From Macrostomum lignano (taxonomy: Eukaryota), in contig NIVC01001672.1 of the NCBI GenBank assembly GCA_002269645.1, positions 181,428 through 245,427 on the forward strand: a DNA stretch of 64,000 nucleotides, written 5' to 3'. The notes beneath the pieces are model-generated. The model was not told the DNA's origin. It ran no database searches and saw nothing but the letters and a program-made list of their open reading frames with translations. Shown here piece by piece: positions 1 through 13,059 of the stretch. The translations under genes and the position numbers were made by a program. Positions within the stretch are counted from its first letter, which is position 1. Each line of letters starts with the position of its first letter.

Positions 1-227
1 TAACCTTTTAACCAATTTTAGATTAGGGCGCAATTTTAGAAGACAACCAGTCTGACAGACCAGCACAAAAATGTCGCAAGTTTAAAGGGAATCTGAAAAA
101 AAGTATTAGTGATCAGTAACGGGAGTGACGCACAAATCAGTAATGGGAGTGAAAATGCTTAAGACAAGAAGATCTGCTTACTGAACTATCGATTCCACAT
201 CCCATACCGCCCTGATCCCCGCCGCAG

Positions 228-3200
228 GAGCGCGAAGAAGCTCGAGACCGGTTGCGCCGATCCGAGGAGCTGGTCGAGTCGCTTCAATCTGATCTATTAA
301 ACGAGCGCGTTATCGCTCAGAAACTCGAAGCCCAACGAGCCGCTTTGGATAGGCAAGTGAAAGATTTGGCCGCCAAGCTCACCGAACTGGAGCAGGACAG
401 CGTCAGGCGCGCCAAGGCCGGCGCCGCGGCCCTGGAGGCCCGAGTTGCCACGCTGGAGGAGCAGCTGGACACCGAGGGCAAAGAGCGAGTTAAAGAGGCT
501 CGCTCGGCTAAACGGTTGGAACGGCGGGTCAAGGAGCTGCAGCAGCAGGTGTGTTAATTGGTTAATTGGTACCATTTCTTATCACATGCACTGTATAATT
601 GGTCGAGTGGTTGTGGTTTCCTATTGAGACAACTCTGACTGACTTCGTCTGTGCCTTTATGATTGGTTAAGACAGACACTAACACTGTAACTAACTGACG
701 ACTACATGTAAGGCACTAAGACACACTAAGACAGACGCTAAGAGAAACTAGGACAGGCACTAAGAGACACTAAGACAGACACTAAGAGACACTAAGGCAG
801 ACGCTAAGAGACACTAAGAGACAATAAGGCACACTAATACAGACACTAAGAGACGCTAAGACAGACTCTAAGACAGACACAAAGACAGACACTAGGACAA
901 ACACTAAGAGAGACACTAAAATACAATAAGGCAAACACTAAGACAGACACTAAGAGACAACAAGGAAGACACCAAGACAGACTGTGATGCTCAGATGGCA
1001 ACTCTAGTGCTTGATGAATAACGAAGCTCGTATCTTGCTTTGCTTGTTTATTTGGCTTTAGGACCACATTAATGATAGCAGGGCTTGTAACAAGATTATG
1101 AAGCTAGGACTCTTATATATTAGGAAGGGATGAGGGAGGCGGCATTTGGGCGCAGCGGCCATAGACTATTGCACGAGCGTATGTCATGTCTCCCTCCAGA
1201 AGGAAAGAGTTGAACTATGTCTCCGAACAATGTAAACTTTATGTTAGGAACTCAACAGATAACTAATTCAAATTCAGCGTGTCAGATTTCATTTTGGTTA
1301 CTCGTAGTGTGTAGCTAATGCGGTTTTTTTAGCAGTCATGACGAGTAGCGGTCTGGTTGGCGACGCATCCGGGTGCTACGGCGAATTCCACCTGCTTCTT
1401 GTTCTTGCGCGCCTTGGGTCGAATTGTCGCTGGCATTCCCTGCCTCCGTGTCTGCGGGATCTCCTGCTATTGATTGTTCATCGTCGTGTGGCAGTGGAGC
1501 AAGTTGGTTGTCGCTTGCCAAACGCAGTTCGCTCCCGTCCAACACGAAGGCCGTGTTGCGGCCTCGGTTCATCACGTATTCGACAGTGGAGGGTGGAACG
1601 TCCGAAGCTGGCTGATACAGAACGCACTCGCCTTGGTTGAACGTGGAGACTACAGGAGCGCGTAGTTGGCGTCCGAAAACAATCTCAGCTGGCGTCTTGC
1701 CCTGAGGCATTTAATGATCTGATCTGTGGATCGATCTTTACAGGGAAAGGCCTCGATCCAACCAGAGTGAGAGTCGACTGCTATCAGGATGTTTCCAACA
1801 TTCTTTACGTACGCCCAGTCAACGTGAAGCTTTTTAAATGGGTATTCAGTCGATGGCCAGGTGTCTCTGGTCTTCCCCAATCTGGGCCGCAGCCTGTTGC
1901 ATACATCATACTGGCTGACAAATCGCTCGATGTCAGCGCGCATTCCAGGCCACCAGCAGGACAAGCTCATGAAGTTGAGTGTCGCCAGAGACCCAGAGTG
2001 AGAGTCATGCGCTGCACGAAAAGCTTCTTTCCGCAGTCTTGGCGGAATGTAGACCTGGCGACCCTTGAACAGTAAGCCGTCCTCGATAGTTAGGCATTGC
2101 GATACGGCCTGGAATGGTTTCTCAGCCTGAGAACAGCCAGCCCAGTTTCCCGAGCGAATTCGGTGCATCACTTTTTTATGAGCTCATCCAACTCTAGCTC
2201 TGCGGCAACCCGGTTCCTGGAAATGACAGACGGCTCAAAGGCAACGCAATCAATGGCTTCGCAGACTTCCGCCGAATCGTTAGATGAGTCAGTGAAGCGT
2301 AGGCGAGAAAGCGCATCGGCATGTGGAATCTTCTCTCCCGGTATATAGCGCATGGTGTAGTCAAGGTGCATCATTGCGAGTGCCCATCTGCTAATGCGAG
2401 CGGAGGTGTTCAGCGGCACCCCGCGAGACTGGCCGAAGAGCTGCTCGAGAGGCTTATGATCCGTCTGTATTGTAAAGTGGCGGCCCAGTAAATAGTGCTT
2501 CAGCCGGCTGACTGCCCAAAAAACGGCAAGGACTTCTCGCTCTATGTTCGAATAGTTTTGTTCCGCAGTGGAAAGACACCGAGAAATATAGATCACAGGA
2601 TGGCCATCTTGCGTGACCACTCCTGCAAGCGCTCCCTTGGAGGCATCTGTAGTAAGAGTGAGTTCCTTTTCTAATGAGTATGGCTGGACTATGGGTTGAG
2701 AGGCAATCTCCGTCTTGAGTTGTCTGAAGGCTCGGTCACACTCAGCTGTCCACTGAAAGTCGGCGTCCGCTCTGCGCAGTCGATTTAACCGCTGAATCTT
2801 TCCAGAGAAGTCGGATACTAGCCTTCCAAAGAAGTTTATTAGACCAACGAATCGTTCCAGCTCCTTCTTCTCTTTGGGTTGTGCGATGCTGCGGATTTTC
2901 TCAACCAATCGATCATCGGGTTGGACTCCAGCAGCAGAAATTTTAAATCCCAGAAATGATATTTCATCAGTCGCCTCGATGCATTTTCTTTCGTTAATGG
3001 TGACATGCTTTTCTGCCAGCCTAGTCTTCAAAGCACGAAGTCTTTTCTGTAGTGAATCACTGTTTTCGGCGAAAACTAATACTCGTACGTCATCTTGGTA
3101 GATGAGAATGCCCTTTAAGTCTGACAGAATACTTTCCATCGCGCGCTGAAAAATAAAAGATGCATTCTTCATCATCCCCATCTGAAGTCTTTTCACGCGA

Positions 3201-6200
3201 AATAATCCTTTGGATGTGTTAATTATTGAGAGATCCTGAGCAGCCTCGTCCAATTCGATCTGCCAGTAGGCCGACCTCAGGTCTACTTTGGCGAACTTTG
3301 GCGAAAGTAGATGGCGTGTGGCCATCGTAGGCTTGAAGACGGCGATGACACTTCTGGAGGGCCGGGCGGCGGAGTGACTCCCAGAGAGTGCTTGAAATGA
3401 CGCTCACCGCAGCACCGGTGTCTACTTGCATTGGGATTTGAGCACCATTGATGACTATGTTTTCCAGTGTCGAGTCGATAGCGTGAATCGTGTCCGCGTC
3501 CCCAAGGTGAAGAAGGGACGTATTATCTGGTTGCGGCGTGTCTGCGTTTGAGAGCTCCTCGACGTTGTGGAGCTGGCGTGGTCGGGAGGATCGACATACC
3601 GATGCAAATGCTGGGCACTTTCCAGCAACATGGACTTGGCCGCAGTAACCCCACTGTCTCGTGCGTGGTCCAATCTTGCGAGTGGTAAAGTTGTTCTTTG
3701 TAGCCAAAGAGCCAAGGTGAATCTCCGATACAGTTTCCTTTGGTGGGGAGGTCGTGAACGGCGTGGAGGCTTGTTTGGACACGAACTCTTTCACTTGCTT
3801 GATCTGGGCAACAAAATCTACGATTTCCTCGACCGACAGCTCCTTGATCTGCATAACTTCTAGAACTTTTTGCTGTGTTGTGGGACAGTGCATGCCAGCG
3901 AATAACGCCAATTGAATCATGACCTCTTCTGGGCTTTCTGCCTCTTTCAGCGAATCGAATTTGCAATGTTGGGCGGCCTTTCTTAGGCGCGAGAGGTAAT
4001 CCGGAAGAGAACTCGTCGTGCTGTTGCTGGATGGTGTAGAAGCGAGTTCGCTCGGCAATGGTGATGCGCTTCTTTGGTTGAAGGTAACTTTGAATGGCGG
4101 CCTCGATTGCAGAAAACTCCAATTCGTCGATCTTCTTTGGGGCCACCAGAGATGTTAGCTTTTCAAGTGCTGGCAATCCGCATAGTGCCAGAAATTTATC
4201 CGCAATTTCTCTGTTGGTGCCTTCATCTTTCCATTCTTGGCTCGAGCGAGCGCACGGAATGCTTTTAGCCACGTCAGGGCGCGCTCAGGTTCTGAAATTT
4301 CGATGCGTCCAAGTGCTCGCGACGCCATTGTGATGCTCAGATGGCAACTCTAGTGCTTGATGAATAACGAAGCTCGTATCTTGCTTTGCTTGTTTATTTG
4401 GCTTTAGGACCACAAATGATAGCGGGGCTTTTAACAAGATTATTAAGCTAGGACACATATATTAGGAAGGGATGAGAGAGGCGGCATTTGGGCGCAGCGG
4501 CCATAGACTATTGCACGAGCGTATGTCACAGACACTAAGAGACAATAAGGCAAAACACTAAGAGACACTAAGACAGACACTAAGAGACAATAAGGCAGAC
4601 ACTAAGAGACACTGATACAGACACAAAGAGACGCTAAGAGAGACTCTAAGACAGACGCGAAGACAGACACAAAGAAAATTACTAGGACAAACACTAAGAG
4701 AGACACTAAGAAACTAGGACATGCGCTAAGATGCGCTAAGGACACGCTAATACGGAATTTGAAAGTCTCAAAAGCCAATATGGCCGATAAATTAGGCGCT
4801 ATTAATCACAATTGAAGGTCAGGGTACATGATGTACTATCAGCACAGATGCCGGGCGACCTTTAAATGTTTCTTTTCAGCCTACTAACAGTAGAAATAAA
4901 AGAATTTAAACCGCCACACAAATATCTGCAGGTTGACGACGAGCGCAAAGCGTCCGAACAGCTCCGCGGCCAACTGGACCGGATGCAGGCCGAGAAGAAA
5001 AAGTCGAAGCGTGAGCAGCAGGATCTAGAGGAGGAGCTGGCCCAGACCAAGGCCCATCGGCGGCGACTACAGCGGGAGCTCGAGGACCTCGGCGAGGCCA
5101 AGGAGGCTCTGGACAGGGAGCTGGCCGTGCTCAGAAAGCAGAACCAGCGGTGAGTCCGGCGGGGCGTAATGTCTCTTGGTATCAGGATTTTTTGGCTGTC
5201 AGCTGCAGTCTCACAGCAAACTCTCCTTTCTCCATCTGCTTCTTCCATCTTTCTCTCCCTGTATCGTCTCTCTTCTTGCTTTTCCAATCTCCCTCTCCCT
5301 CTTCTCCTCTCTCCCCACCTGTCTCCACTCTACTCTCTTCCCACTATTCCCCTCTCCTTTTTCTCCCCTCTCCTTTTTATCCCCTCTCCTTTTTCTCCCC
5401 TCTCCTTTTCTCCCCTCTCCTTTTTCTCCCCTCTCCTTTTTCTCCCCTCTCCTTTTCTCCCCTCTCCCTTTTCTCCCCTCTCCTTTTTCTCCCCTCTCCT
5501 TTTTCTCCCCTCTCCTTTTTATCCCCTCTCCTTTTTCTCCCCTCTCCTTTTCTCCCCTCTCCTTTTTCTCCCCTCTCCTTTTCTCCCCTCTCCCTTTTCT
5601 CCCCTCTCCTTTTTCTCCCCTCTCCTTTTCTCCCCTCTCCCTTTTCTCCCCTCTCCTTTTTCTCCCCTCTCCTTTTTCTCCCCTCTCCTTTTCTCCCCTC
5701 TCCTTTTTCTCCCCTCTCCTTTTTCTCCCCTCTCCTTTTCTCCCCTCTCCTTTTTCTCCCCTCTCCTTTTTCTCCCCTCTCCTTTTTCTCCCCTCTCCTC
5801 CTCTCTCCACTCTCCCCTCTCCCTTTTCTCCCCTCTCCTCCTCTCCACTCTCCCCTCTCCTTTTCTCCCCTCTCCTTTTTCTCCCCTCTCCTTTTCTCCC
5901 CTCTCCTTTTTCTCCCCTCTCCTTTTTCTCCCCTCTTCTTTTTCTCCCCTCTCCTTGTTCTCCCCTCTCCTTTTCTCCCCTCTCCTTTTTCTCCCCTCTC
6001 CTTTTTCTCCCCTCTCCTTTTTCTCCCCTCTCCTTTTCTCCCCTCTCCTTTTTCTCCCCTCTCCTTTTTCTCCCCTCTCCTTTTTCTTCCCTCTCCTTTT
6101 CTCCCCTCTCCTTTTCTCCCCTCTCCTTTTCTCCCCTCTCCTTTTTCTCCCCTCTCCTTTTCTCCCCTCTCCCTTTTCTCCCCTCTCCTTTTTCTCCCCT

Positions 6201-9200
6201 CTCCTTTTCTCCCCTCTCCCTTTTCTCCCCTCTCCTTTTCTCCCCTCTCCTTTTTCTCCCCTCTCCTTTTTCTCCCTCTCCTTTTTCTCCCCTCTCCTTT
6301 GTCTCCCCTCTCCTCTCTCCAATCTCCCCTTTTTTTTCTCCCATCTCTTTTTCTCCCATCTCTTTTTCTCCCATCTCTTTTTCTCCCATCTCTTTTTCTC
6401 CCATCTCTTATTTTCTCTTCTCTTTCTTCACTCTTCCCATCCTATTTTCTTTCTCTCCCTTCTCATCCCCTCTCACCCCCTCTCTCAGCCCTCTGTCGTA
6501 TTGCACTCTCCTTTGTCCCCTCTCCTTACTCTCTCCCCGCACTGCCCTTCATGTTTCGTATTTAACGCTACCAAATTGTCAATGTAGAATAAGTTTACAA
6601 TCTTAGTCGAAGATTTAGCCAGGCACAAGCTCACTTACCCAGGCAATATTTGTGAATGCTTTGTGATTTCACAATGCGTGCTTGCCTGTACTATTTATAA
6701 CTCAAATGCTTGCAATTTTCCTAAACCATACAACTACCCTAATTATAATTGCTCATGCACACCTCTCTAATCCGCCACTGTTTTTCCCAGTCGCATTTTT
6801 GGATTGTAAGTTTGCGTACTTCACTTTAAATGTTGTAAATTGCTTTAAAGCTGACCACTACTTAGCTTTTAAATTCACATTATTTTCCCACTTACTCTGG
6901 TGTACGACTGCCACTCCCCAGTGTGTTTGTGTGTGTGACCGCCACTCCCCAGTGTGATTGTGTGTGTGACCGCCACTCCCCAGTGTGATTGTGTGTGTGA
7001 CCGCCACTCCCCAGTGTGATTGTGTGTGTGACCGCCACTCCCCAGTCTGTTTGTGTGTGTGACCGCCACTCCCCAGTGTGTTTCTGTGTGACCGCCACTC
7101 TTCAGTCTGTTTGTGTGTGTGACCGCCACTCCCCAGTGTGTTTGTGTGTGTGACCGCCACTCCCCAGTCTGTTTGTGTGTGTGACCACCACTCCCCAGTG
7201 TGTTTGTGTGTGTGACCGCCACTCCCCAGTGTGTTTGTGTGTGTGACCGCCACTCCCCAGTCTGTTTGTGTGTGTGACCGCCACTCCCCAGTGTGTTTGT
7301 GTGTGTGACCGCCACTCCCCAGTCTGTTTGTGTGTGTGACCGCCACTTCCCAGTGTGATTGTGTGTGTGACCGCCACTCCCCAGTCTGTTTGTGTGTGTA
7401 ACCGCCACTCCCCAGTGTGTTTGTGTGTGTGACCGCCACTCCCCAGTCTGTTTGTGTGTGTGACCGCCACTCCCCAGTGTGTTTGTGTGTGTGACCGCCA
7501 CTCCCCAGTCTGTTTGTGTGTGTGACCGCCACTCCCCAGTGTGTTTCTGTGTGACCGCCACTCTTCAGTCTGTTTGTGTGTGTGACCGCCACTCCCCAGT
7601 GTGTTTGTGTGTGTGACCGCCACTCCCCAGTCTGTTTGTGTGTGTGACCACCACTCCCCAGTGTGTTTGTGTGTGTGACCGCCACTCCCCAGTCTGTTTG
7701 TGTGTGTGACCGCCACTCCCCAGTGTGTTTGTGTGTGTGACCGCCACTCCCCAGTCTGTTTGTGTGTGTGACCGCCACTTCCCAGTGTGATTGTGTGTGT
7801 GACCGCCACTCCCCAGTCTGTTTGTGTGTGTGACCGCCACTCCCCAGTGTGTTTGTGTGTGTGACCGCCACTCCCCAGTCTGTTTGTGTGTGTGACCGCC
7901 ACTCCCCAGTGTGTTTGTGTGTGTTACCGCCACTCCCCAGTCTGTTTGTGTGTTTGACCGCCACTCCCCAGTGTGTTTCTGTGTGTGACCGCCACTCCCC
8001 AGTGTGTTTCTGTGTGTGACCGCCACTCCCCAGTGTGTTTCTGTGTGTGACCGCCACTCCCCAGTGTGTTTCTGTGTGTGACCGCCACTCCCCAGTGTGT
8101 TTCTGTGTGTGACCGCCACTCCCCAGTGTGTTTCTGTGTCTGACCGCCACTCCCCAGTGTGTTTGTGTGTGTGACCGCCACTCCCCAGTCTGTTTGTGTG
8201 TGTGACCGCCACTCCCCAGTGTGTTTGTGTGTGTGACCGCCACTCCCCAGTGTGTTTCTGTGTCTGACCGCCACTCCCCAGTGTGTTTGTGTGTGTGACC
8301 GCCACTCCCCAGTCTGTTTGTGTGTGTGACCGCCACTCCCCAGTGTGTTTGTGTGTGTGACCGCCACTCCCCAGTGTGTTTCTGTGTCTGACCGCCACTC
8401 CCCAGTCTGTTTGTGTGTGTGACCGCCACTCCCCAGTGTGTTTGTGTGTGTGACCGCCACTCCCCAGTCTGTTTGTGTGTGTGACCGCCACTCCCCAGTG
8501 TGTTTGTGTGTGTTACCGCCACTCCCCAGTCTGTTTGTGTGTTTGACCGCCACTCCCCAGTGTGTTTCTGTGTGTGACCGCCACTCCCCAGTGTGTTTCT
8601 GTGTGTGACCGCCACTCCCCAGTGTGTTTCTGTGTGTGACCGCCACTCCCCAGTGTGTTTCTGTGTGTGACCGCCACTCCCGAGTCTGTGTGTGTGACCG
8701 CCACTCCCGAGTGTGTTTTAATGCAGTTTGTGTACCTCATTCTGTAACTTCTGTAACTTATTGTAAATCAATAATAATTACAGTAAGCCTCGCACAAACT
8801 GACTAAGCTTATAACCTAATAGACACAGATAAATTGCAATTTTATTGTAGCAAAGACTCACCGGCACAAGAATTATTAGTAAGGAGCTGATTCGCCGAGA
8901 GTTCTAGTGATAAGACTGTTGTGTGTGACTGCATGCTTGTGCCATTAGATATTCATGTATTTGATGTAGTTTTTCCAGCGTCATTCTGTCAATTGAGAAG
9001 CTTTTGATAGATAGCTACTATGAGTAGTATGCTCCTTTTTAGTTGAAAGTCGAAAAGTTTTGTATTGTTGTTGGCAGTATTAAAGCTTTATACTCTTAAT
9101 GCTATATGATGCATGCGGCAGTGACCCTGGCCAACTCTTGTTAAACGTGTGTGCCTTTAATTTGTTTCTACTCAGTAAGCCTCCGATTTGCTAGATTTAG

Positions 9201-10990
9201 AAGTGAGCAGTGTGAATTGCGTGATTTAATGTGCTCTTCCATTTTTTCATTCTCAATTTTAGTCTCACCGATGATCTAGATTAGCAATACAATCCAATCT
9301 CATCCATAGACTCGTCAGTGAGAGCTAGATTAGCAATCCAACCTCATCTATAGACTCGTCAGTGAGAGCTAGATTAGCAATCCAACCTCATCTATAGACT
9401 CGTCAGTGAGAGCTAGATTAGCAATCCAACCTCATCTATAGACTCGTCAGTGAGAGCTAGATTAGCAATCCAATCTCATCTATAGACTCGTCAGTGAGAG
9501 CTAGATTAGCAATCCAACCTCATCTATAGACTCGTCATTGAGAGCTAGACTAGCAATCCAATCTCATCCATAGACTCGTCAGTGAGAGCTAGACTAGCAA
9601 TCCAACCTCATCTATATACTCGCCAGTGAGAGCTAGACTAGCAATCCAATCTCATCTATAGACTCGTCAGTGAGAGCTAGATTAGCAATCCAACCTCATC
9701 TATAGACTCGTCAGTGAGAGCTAGATTAGCAATCCAACCTCATCTATAGACTCGTCAGTGAGAGCTATATTAGCAATCCAATCTCATCCATAGACTCGTC
9801 AGTGAGAGCTAGACTAGCAATCCAATCTCATCCATAGACTCGTCAGTGAGAGCTAGACTAGCAATCCAACCTCATCTATATACTCGCCAGTGAGAGCTAG
9901 ACTAGCAATCCAATCTCATCTATAGACTCGTCAGTGAGAGCTAGATTAGCAATCCAACCTCATCTATAGACTCGTCAGTGAGAGCTAGATTAGCAATCCA
10001 ACCTCATATATAGACTCGTCAGTGAGAGCTATATTAGCAATCCAATCTCATCTATAGACTCGTCAGTGAGAGCTAGATTAGCAATCCAATCTCATCCATA
10101 GACTCGTCAGTGAGAGCTAGACTAGCAATCCAACCTCATCTATAGACTCGTCAGTGAGAGCTAGACTAGCAATCCAACCTCATCTATAGACTCGTCAGTG
10201 AGAGCTAGATTAGCAATCCAATCTCATCCATAGACTCGTCAGTGAGAGCTAGATTTGCAATCCAATCTCATCTATAGACTCGTCAGTGAGAGCTAGATTA
10301 GCAATCCAACCTCATCTATAGACTCGTCAGTGAGAGCTAGACTAGCAATCCAATCTCATCCATAGACTCGTCAGTGAGAGCTAGACTAGCAATCCAACCT
10401 CATCTATAGACTCGTCAGTGAGAGCTAGATTAGCAATCCAACCTCATATATAGACTCGTCAGTGAGAGCTAGATTAGCAATCCAATCTCATCTATAGACT
10501 CGTCAGTGAGAGCTAGATTAGCAATCCAACCTCATATATAGACTCGTCAGTGAGAGCTAGACTAGCAATCCAATCTCATCTATAGACTCGTCAGTGAGAG
10601 CTAGACTAGCAATCCAATCTCATCCATAGACTCGTCAGTGAGAGCTAGATTAGCAATCCAATCTCATCCATAGACTCGTCAGTGAGAGCTAGACTAGCAA
10701 TCCATTTAATTCCAATATTCCTGTTTCCAGTTGCCTGTTGAATAACTAAATAAATATCGCTGCTCACACCCGCTAGTCACTACTCGCCACTGTCTCGCAG
10801 GGATCGGCCGACCAAATCTAAGCGCCAGGGGCCGCATCAGGCGCGCAGCGATTTAGGCAGCGATTTTGTCGACTTAACACCGGACGACCAATCTCTGGCT
10901 GACAATGGCGAGGACCTGCTGAGGTCAATTAGTCCCAGACCGGGCAGCCAGAGCAGCCACAGTCATGAGCCCAGCGTGGCCAATGAGTAA
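228..10990 (+). CDS. Non-muscle myosin II heavy chain, 3' coding exons (end of coiled-coil rod plus non-helical tailpiece); 5' part lies outside the window
   Basis: Exons 228-548 (cag|GAG...CAG|gtgtg, phase 0), 4932-5149 (cag|GTT...CG|gtgag, phase 2) and 10801-10990 (cag|G...TAA) join in frame. The translation ...LEARVATLEEQLDTEGKER...RLERRVKELQQQ-VDDERKASEQLR...RRRLQRELEDLGEAKEALDRELAVLRKQNQR matches the myosin II rod end (MYH9/10/zipper type), followed by a Ser/Asp-rich tailpiece ending SVANE*. Confidence 0.85.
983..4528 (-). mobile_element. Ty3/gypsy LTR retrotransposon, both LTRs present, internally deleted, in a myosin intron
   Basis: Direct repeats TG...CA at 983-1186 (204 bp) and 4329-4528 (200 bp); 5-bp TSD CAGAC at 978-982 and 4529-4533. 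On the - strand a PBS-like TGGCGTCGCG lies next to the 5' LTR and a purine tract GGAGGGAGA precedes the 3' LTR. Domain order is gag-PR-RT-RH-INT. Confidence 0.95.
1336..4272 (-). pseudogene. Disrupted gag-pol of the gypsy element
   Basis: gag is frameshifted (ORFs 3523-4272 and 3219-4058) and has a Zn-knuckle remnant CGQVHVAGKCP. Protease motif VDTGAAVSVIS; RT/RNase H at 2168-3325 (DLRSAYWQI, YQDD, TDASKG, YSNIEREVLA, TDHKPL); integrase at 1650-2171 (HDSHSG, WWPGM, LHVDWA, VDSHSGWIEA); C-terminal GKTPAEIVFGRQLR at 1336-1710. The RT N-terminus and the second half of the integrase core are missing. Confidence 0.9.
5335..6415. repeat. Polypyrimidine minisatellite, 15-16 bp unit CTCCCCTCTCCTTTT(T)
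   Basis: Directly visible; almost pure C/T on the + strand, shifting to CTCCCATCTCTTTTT at the 3' end. Confidence 0.95.
6905..8712. repeat. Tandem array, ~31-bp unit GACCGCCACTCCCCAGTSTGTTTGTGTGTGT
   Basis: Period measured at 31 bp (7152 to 7183); variants differ in GT number; no spacers. Confidence 0.95.
9275..10703. repeat. Tandem array, 44-bp unit GAGAGCTAGATTAGCAATCCAACCTCATCTATAGACTCGTCAGT
   Basis: Period 44 bp (9317 to 9361), about 32 copies, ending ~100 bp before the last myosin exon. Confidence 0.95.
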
Positions 10991-12120
10991 CTCTGTCTAT
11001 TTGCTCCCCTGGGTGTCTGTTCTTTTTTTACAATTAAATAGACCTTTTTTGCTTGCACTGCTTTTCATATGTTTGCAGTTCTCTTATTATAAGTTAATTA
11101 TTTATATTATGTATTAATAATCAGGGTCAAGGGCTCAATATCAAGCAATATTACTCCAGCATCGCTGCATTATTGGAGCTAGCTTATTGGGTCTTCCAGC
11201 GAATATATTGTTCTTGTGGCATGAGTAGCTTATTGACATTTTCTCCGGCTAACTTTACTATGCAACAGAGGTCTTCCTTTCTCTTATGATGGTTGTTGCA
11301 TTGTTTTACTGTCATTTTTTATTGTTTTTGCTGCAATTACGATTGCGTTCTTTTTCTGTTTGCTTTCATTTTTCCCAGTATTTTTCCTTTTTCTTTTTAT
11401 GATTTATGATTAAATTATAGTATTAGTATTAAAAGTGCAATTGACCACTTATTAAAATGTGCGCGCATTTTATCGTGGCTATTTCTAATCTTGTCAAGAG
11501 AAAAAAAGTTTTTATGTCGCTTGCCCGAAAAAGTCCTCATTTTCCCTGCTTCTCTACTTGCAGTAAGTAGTTCAGTTTAGTCAACGCTTTTTATTAAGCT
11601 ATATTAAATCACTGGAAAAAACTGCTTTTTAAAGCAAGTTAGCTTCAGTTTTAGTCCGCACTTTTATTTTGTTTTGTTCCTTTTTGTTCCGACTTTAACC
11701 GTGACGCTTCTCCGCCTGTACTATTGCTGTGGTAGTCTGCTTCTCCCTACTTTTTGCTGACAGCGCTAACATTGATAAAGTCATATTGGTTATTCTGTCT
11801 ACAGAACTTGCGATATCTTAAAGCGAGTCTGCCGACCCGGCCTCAAACTGTTGCATTAAATAGCTGCCTTGTTAGCCACATCTGTCTGTTTGTCCGTCTG
11901 TCTGTCTGTCTGTCTGTCTCACGGATACTAGACTAACTAGATATGTAATTCGCAATTTAAGTTGTTAAAAAGTAGATCGTCTACTCTTTATTCAGTAGTT
12001 TGTCTGCGCAGTGTCACTTAAATTTAATGTGGCAGCTACAATTTCCTTTCTTTTGCAGCAGCATATCGGGTTAAGAATGAACAGCAAATATTTAATTGGA
12101 TGTACACAAGTGTCTAGGGC

Positions 12121-12350
12121 GCAGGCCCAATCTATGCAATAGCTCTACAATAAGAGAGCAATAAGGAGAGAGGTCGAAGTTGGACGAACGAAACTCTGCC
12201 TTAGGGGGGGGGCAGGCCCAATAATTGTTCAGCCAATGAGAGAGCAGTAAGGAGAGAGGTTAAAAGTTGGACGGACGAAACTCAGCCTTAAGGGGGCAGG
12301 CCCAATAATGGTGCAGCCAATGAGAGAGCAGTAAGGTGAGAGGTCAAAGT
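12121..12350. repeat. Three imperfect tandem copies of an ~85-90 bp unit
   Basis: GCAGGCCCAAT...GAGAGCARTAAGG.GAGAGGT starts at 12121, 12212 and 12296. Confidence 0.75.
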
Positions 12351-13059
12351 CAGTTTATCGGCCTGGCCGGAGACTGGAGCGACCCCCCTCTTTTCTCTCT
12401 TACTCCGCTATGTAGACTTAGGTTTATCAAGTTTTCCTGCAATCTTTAGTCTTAAATTAATTTGTTTTTAAGTAATTTCGAGTCTGAGACAATCAGGAGT
12501 CGGTGAAGCATGATGAAGATGCAAATTTAATGGGTCTGCTTGTAAGGCGATGGTTGCAACTTCAAAAACATAAAATGCAAAAAACGCTAATTTTGCTACT
12601 AAAAAGAGTAGACAAGCGAGCGCATTTTTTCGAGTGACATATCTAGTCATTCTAGTGTCTACGAGCGTAAATGTCTGTCTGTCTCCGCTATTTTCTACCT
12701 TTGAATTGTGTTTGCTTGAGTTGTTTTTTACTGTTAACTGATATTGACCGATATATAATACTATAATTATTATTGTCAAATACAAGTGTATACTATATTA
12801 TAAATTATATACTTTCACTTATCATTGTTTCAATTCAATTCGCCCTATAGAACAAATACTATTAAAAAGTTATTTTCTTGAATAATTACAGTTCTTTTTT
12901 CTGCTTTAGTAACTAACCTACTCGCTACACTACTGATGCTGGTAGACTACTCTGTATATAGTCAATTGGTGCATACGGATCTGAGTGTTCTAATTCCTTC
13001 CTTAGGGTTGTCGGTTTCTGTCGGCATCACCCACTGCACCAGCCCGTTTTTCAGTCACC

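Larger units (their letters stand above)
700..4745. repeat. Degenerate (AGACACTAAG)n-like tract split by the gypsy insertion (about 700-982 and 4529-4745)
   Basis: The same imperfect ~10-bp motif lies on both sides of the TSD. Confidence 0.7.

Noticed and set aside
5150-8740. Long ORFs in several frames (FSPL-rich, GERKE-rich, THTN-rich)
   Set aside because: They are by-products of stop-free tandem units inside a myosin intron and are open in multiple frames and strands.
9275-10703. CRISPR-like regular array (also the 31-, 29-, 38/39-, 23- and 21-bp arrays)
   Set aside because: Units are head-to-tail with no unique spacers, there are no cas genes, and the context is eukaryotic.
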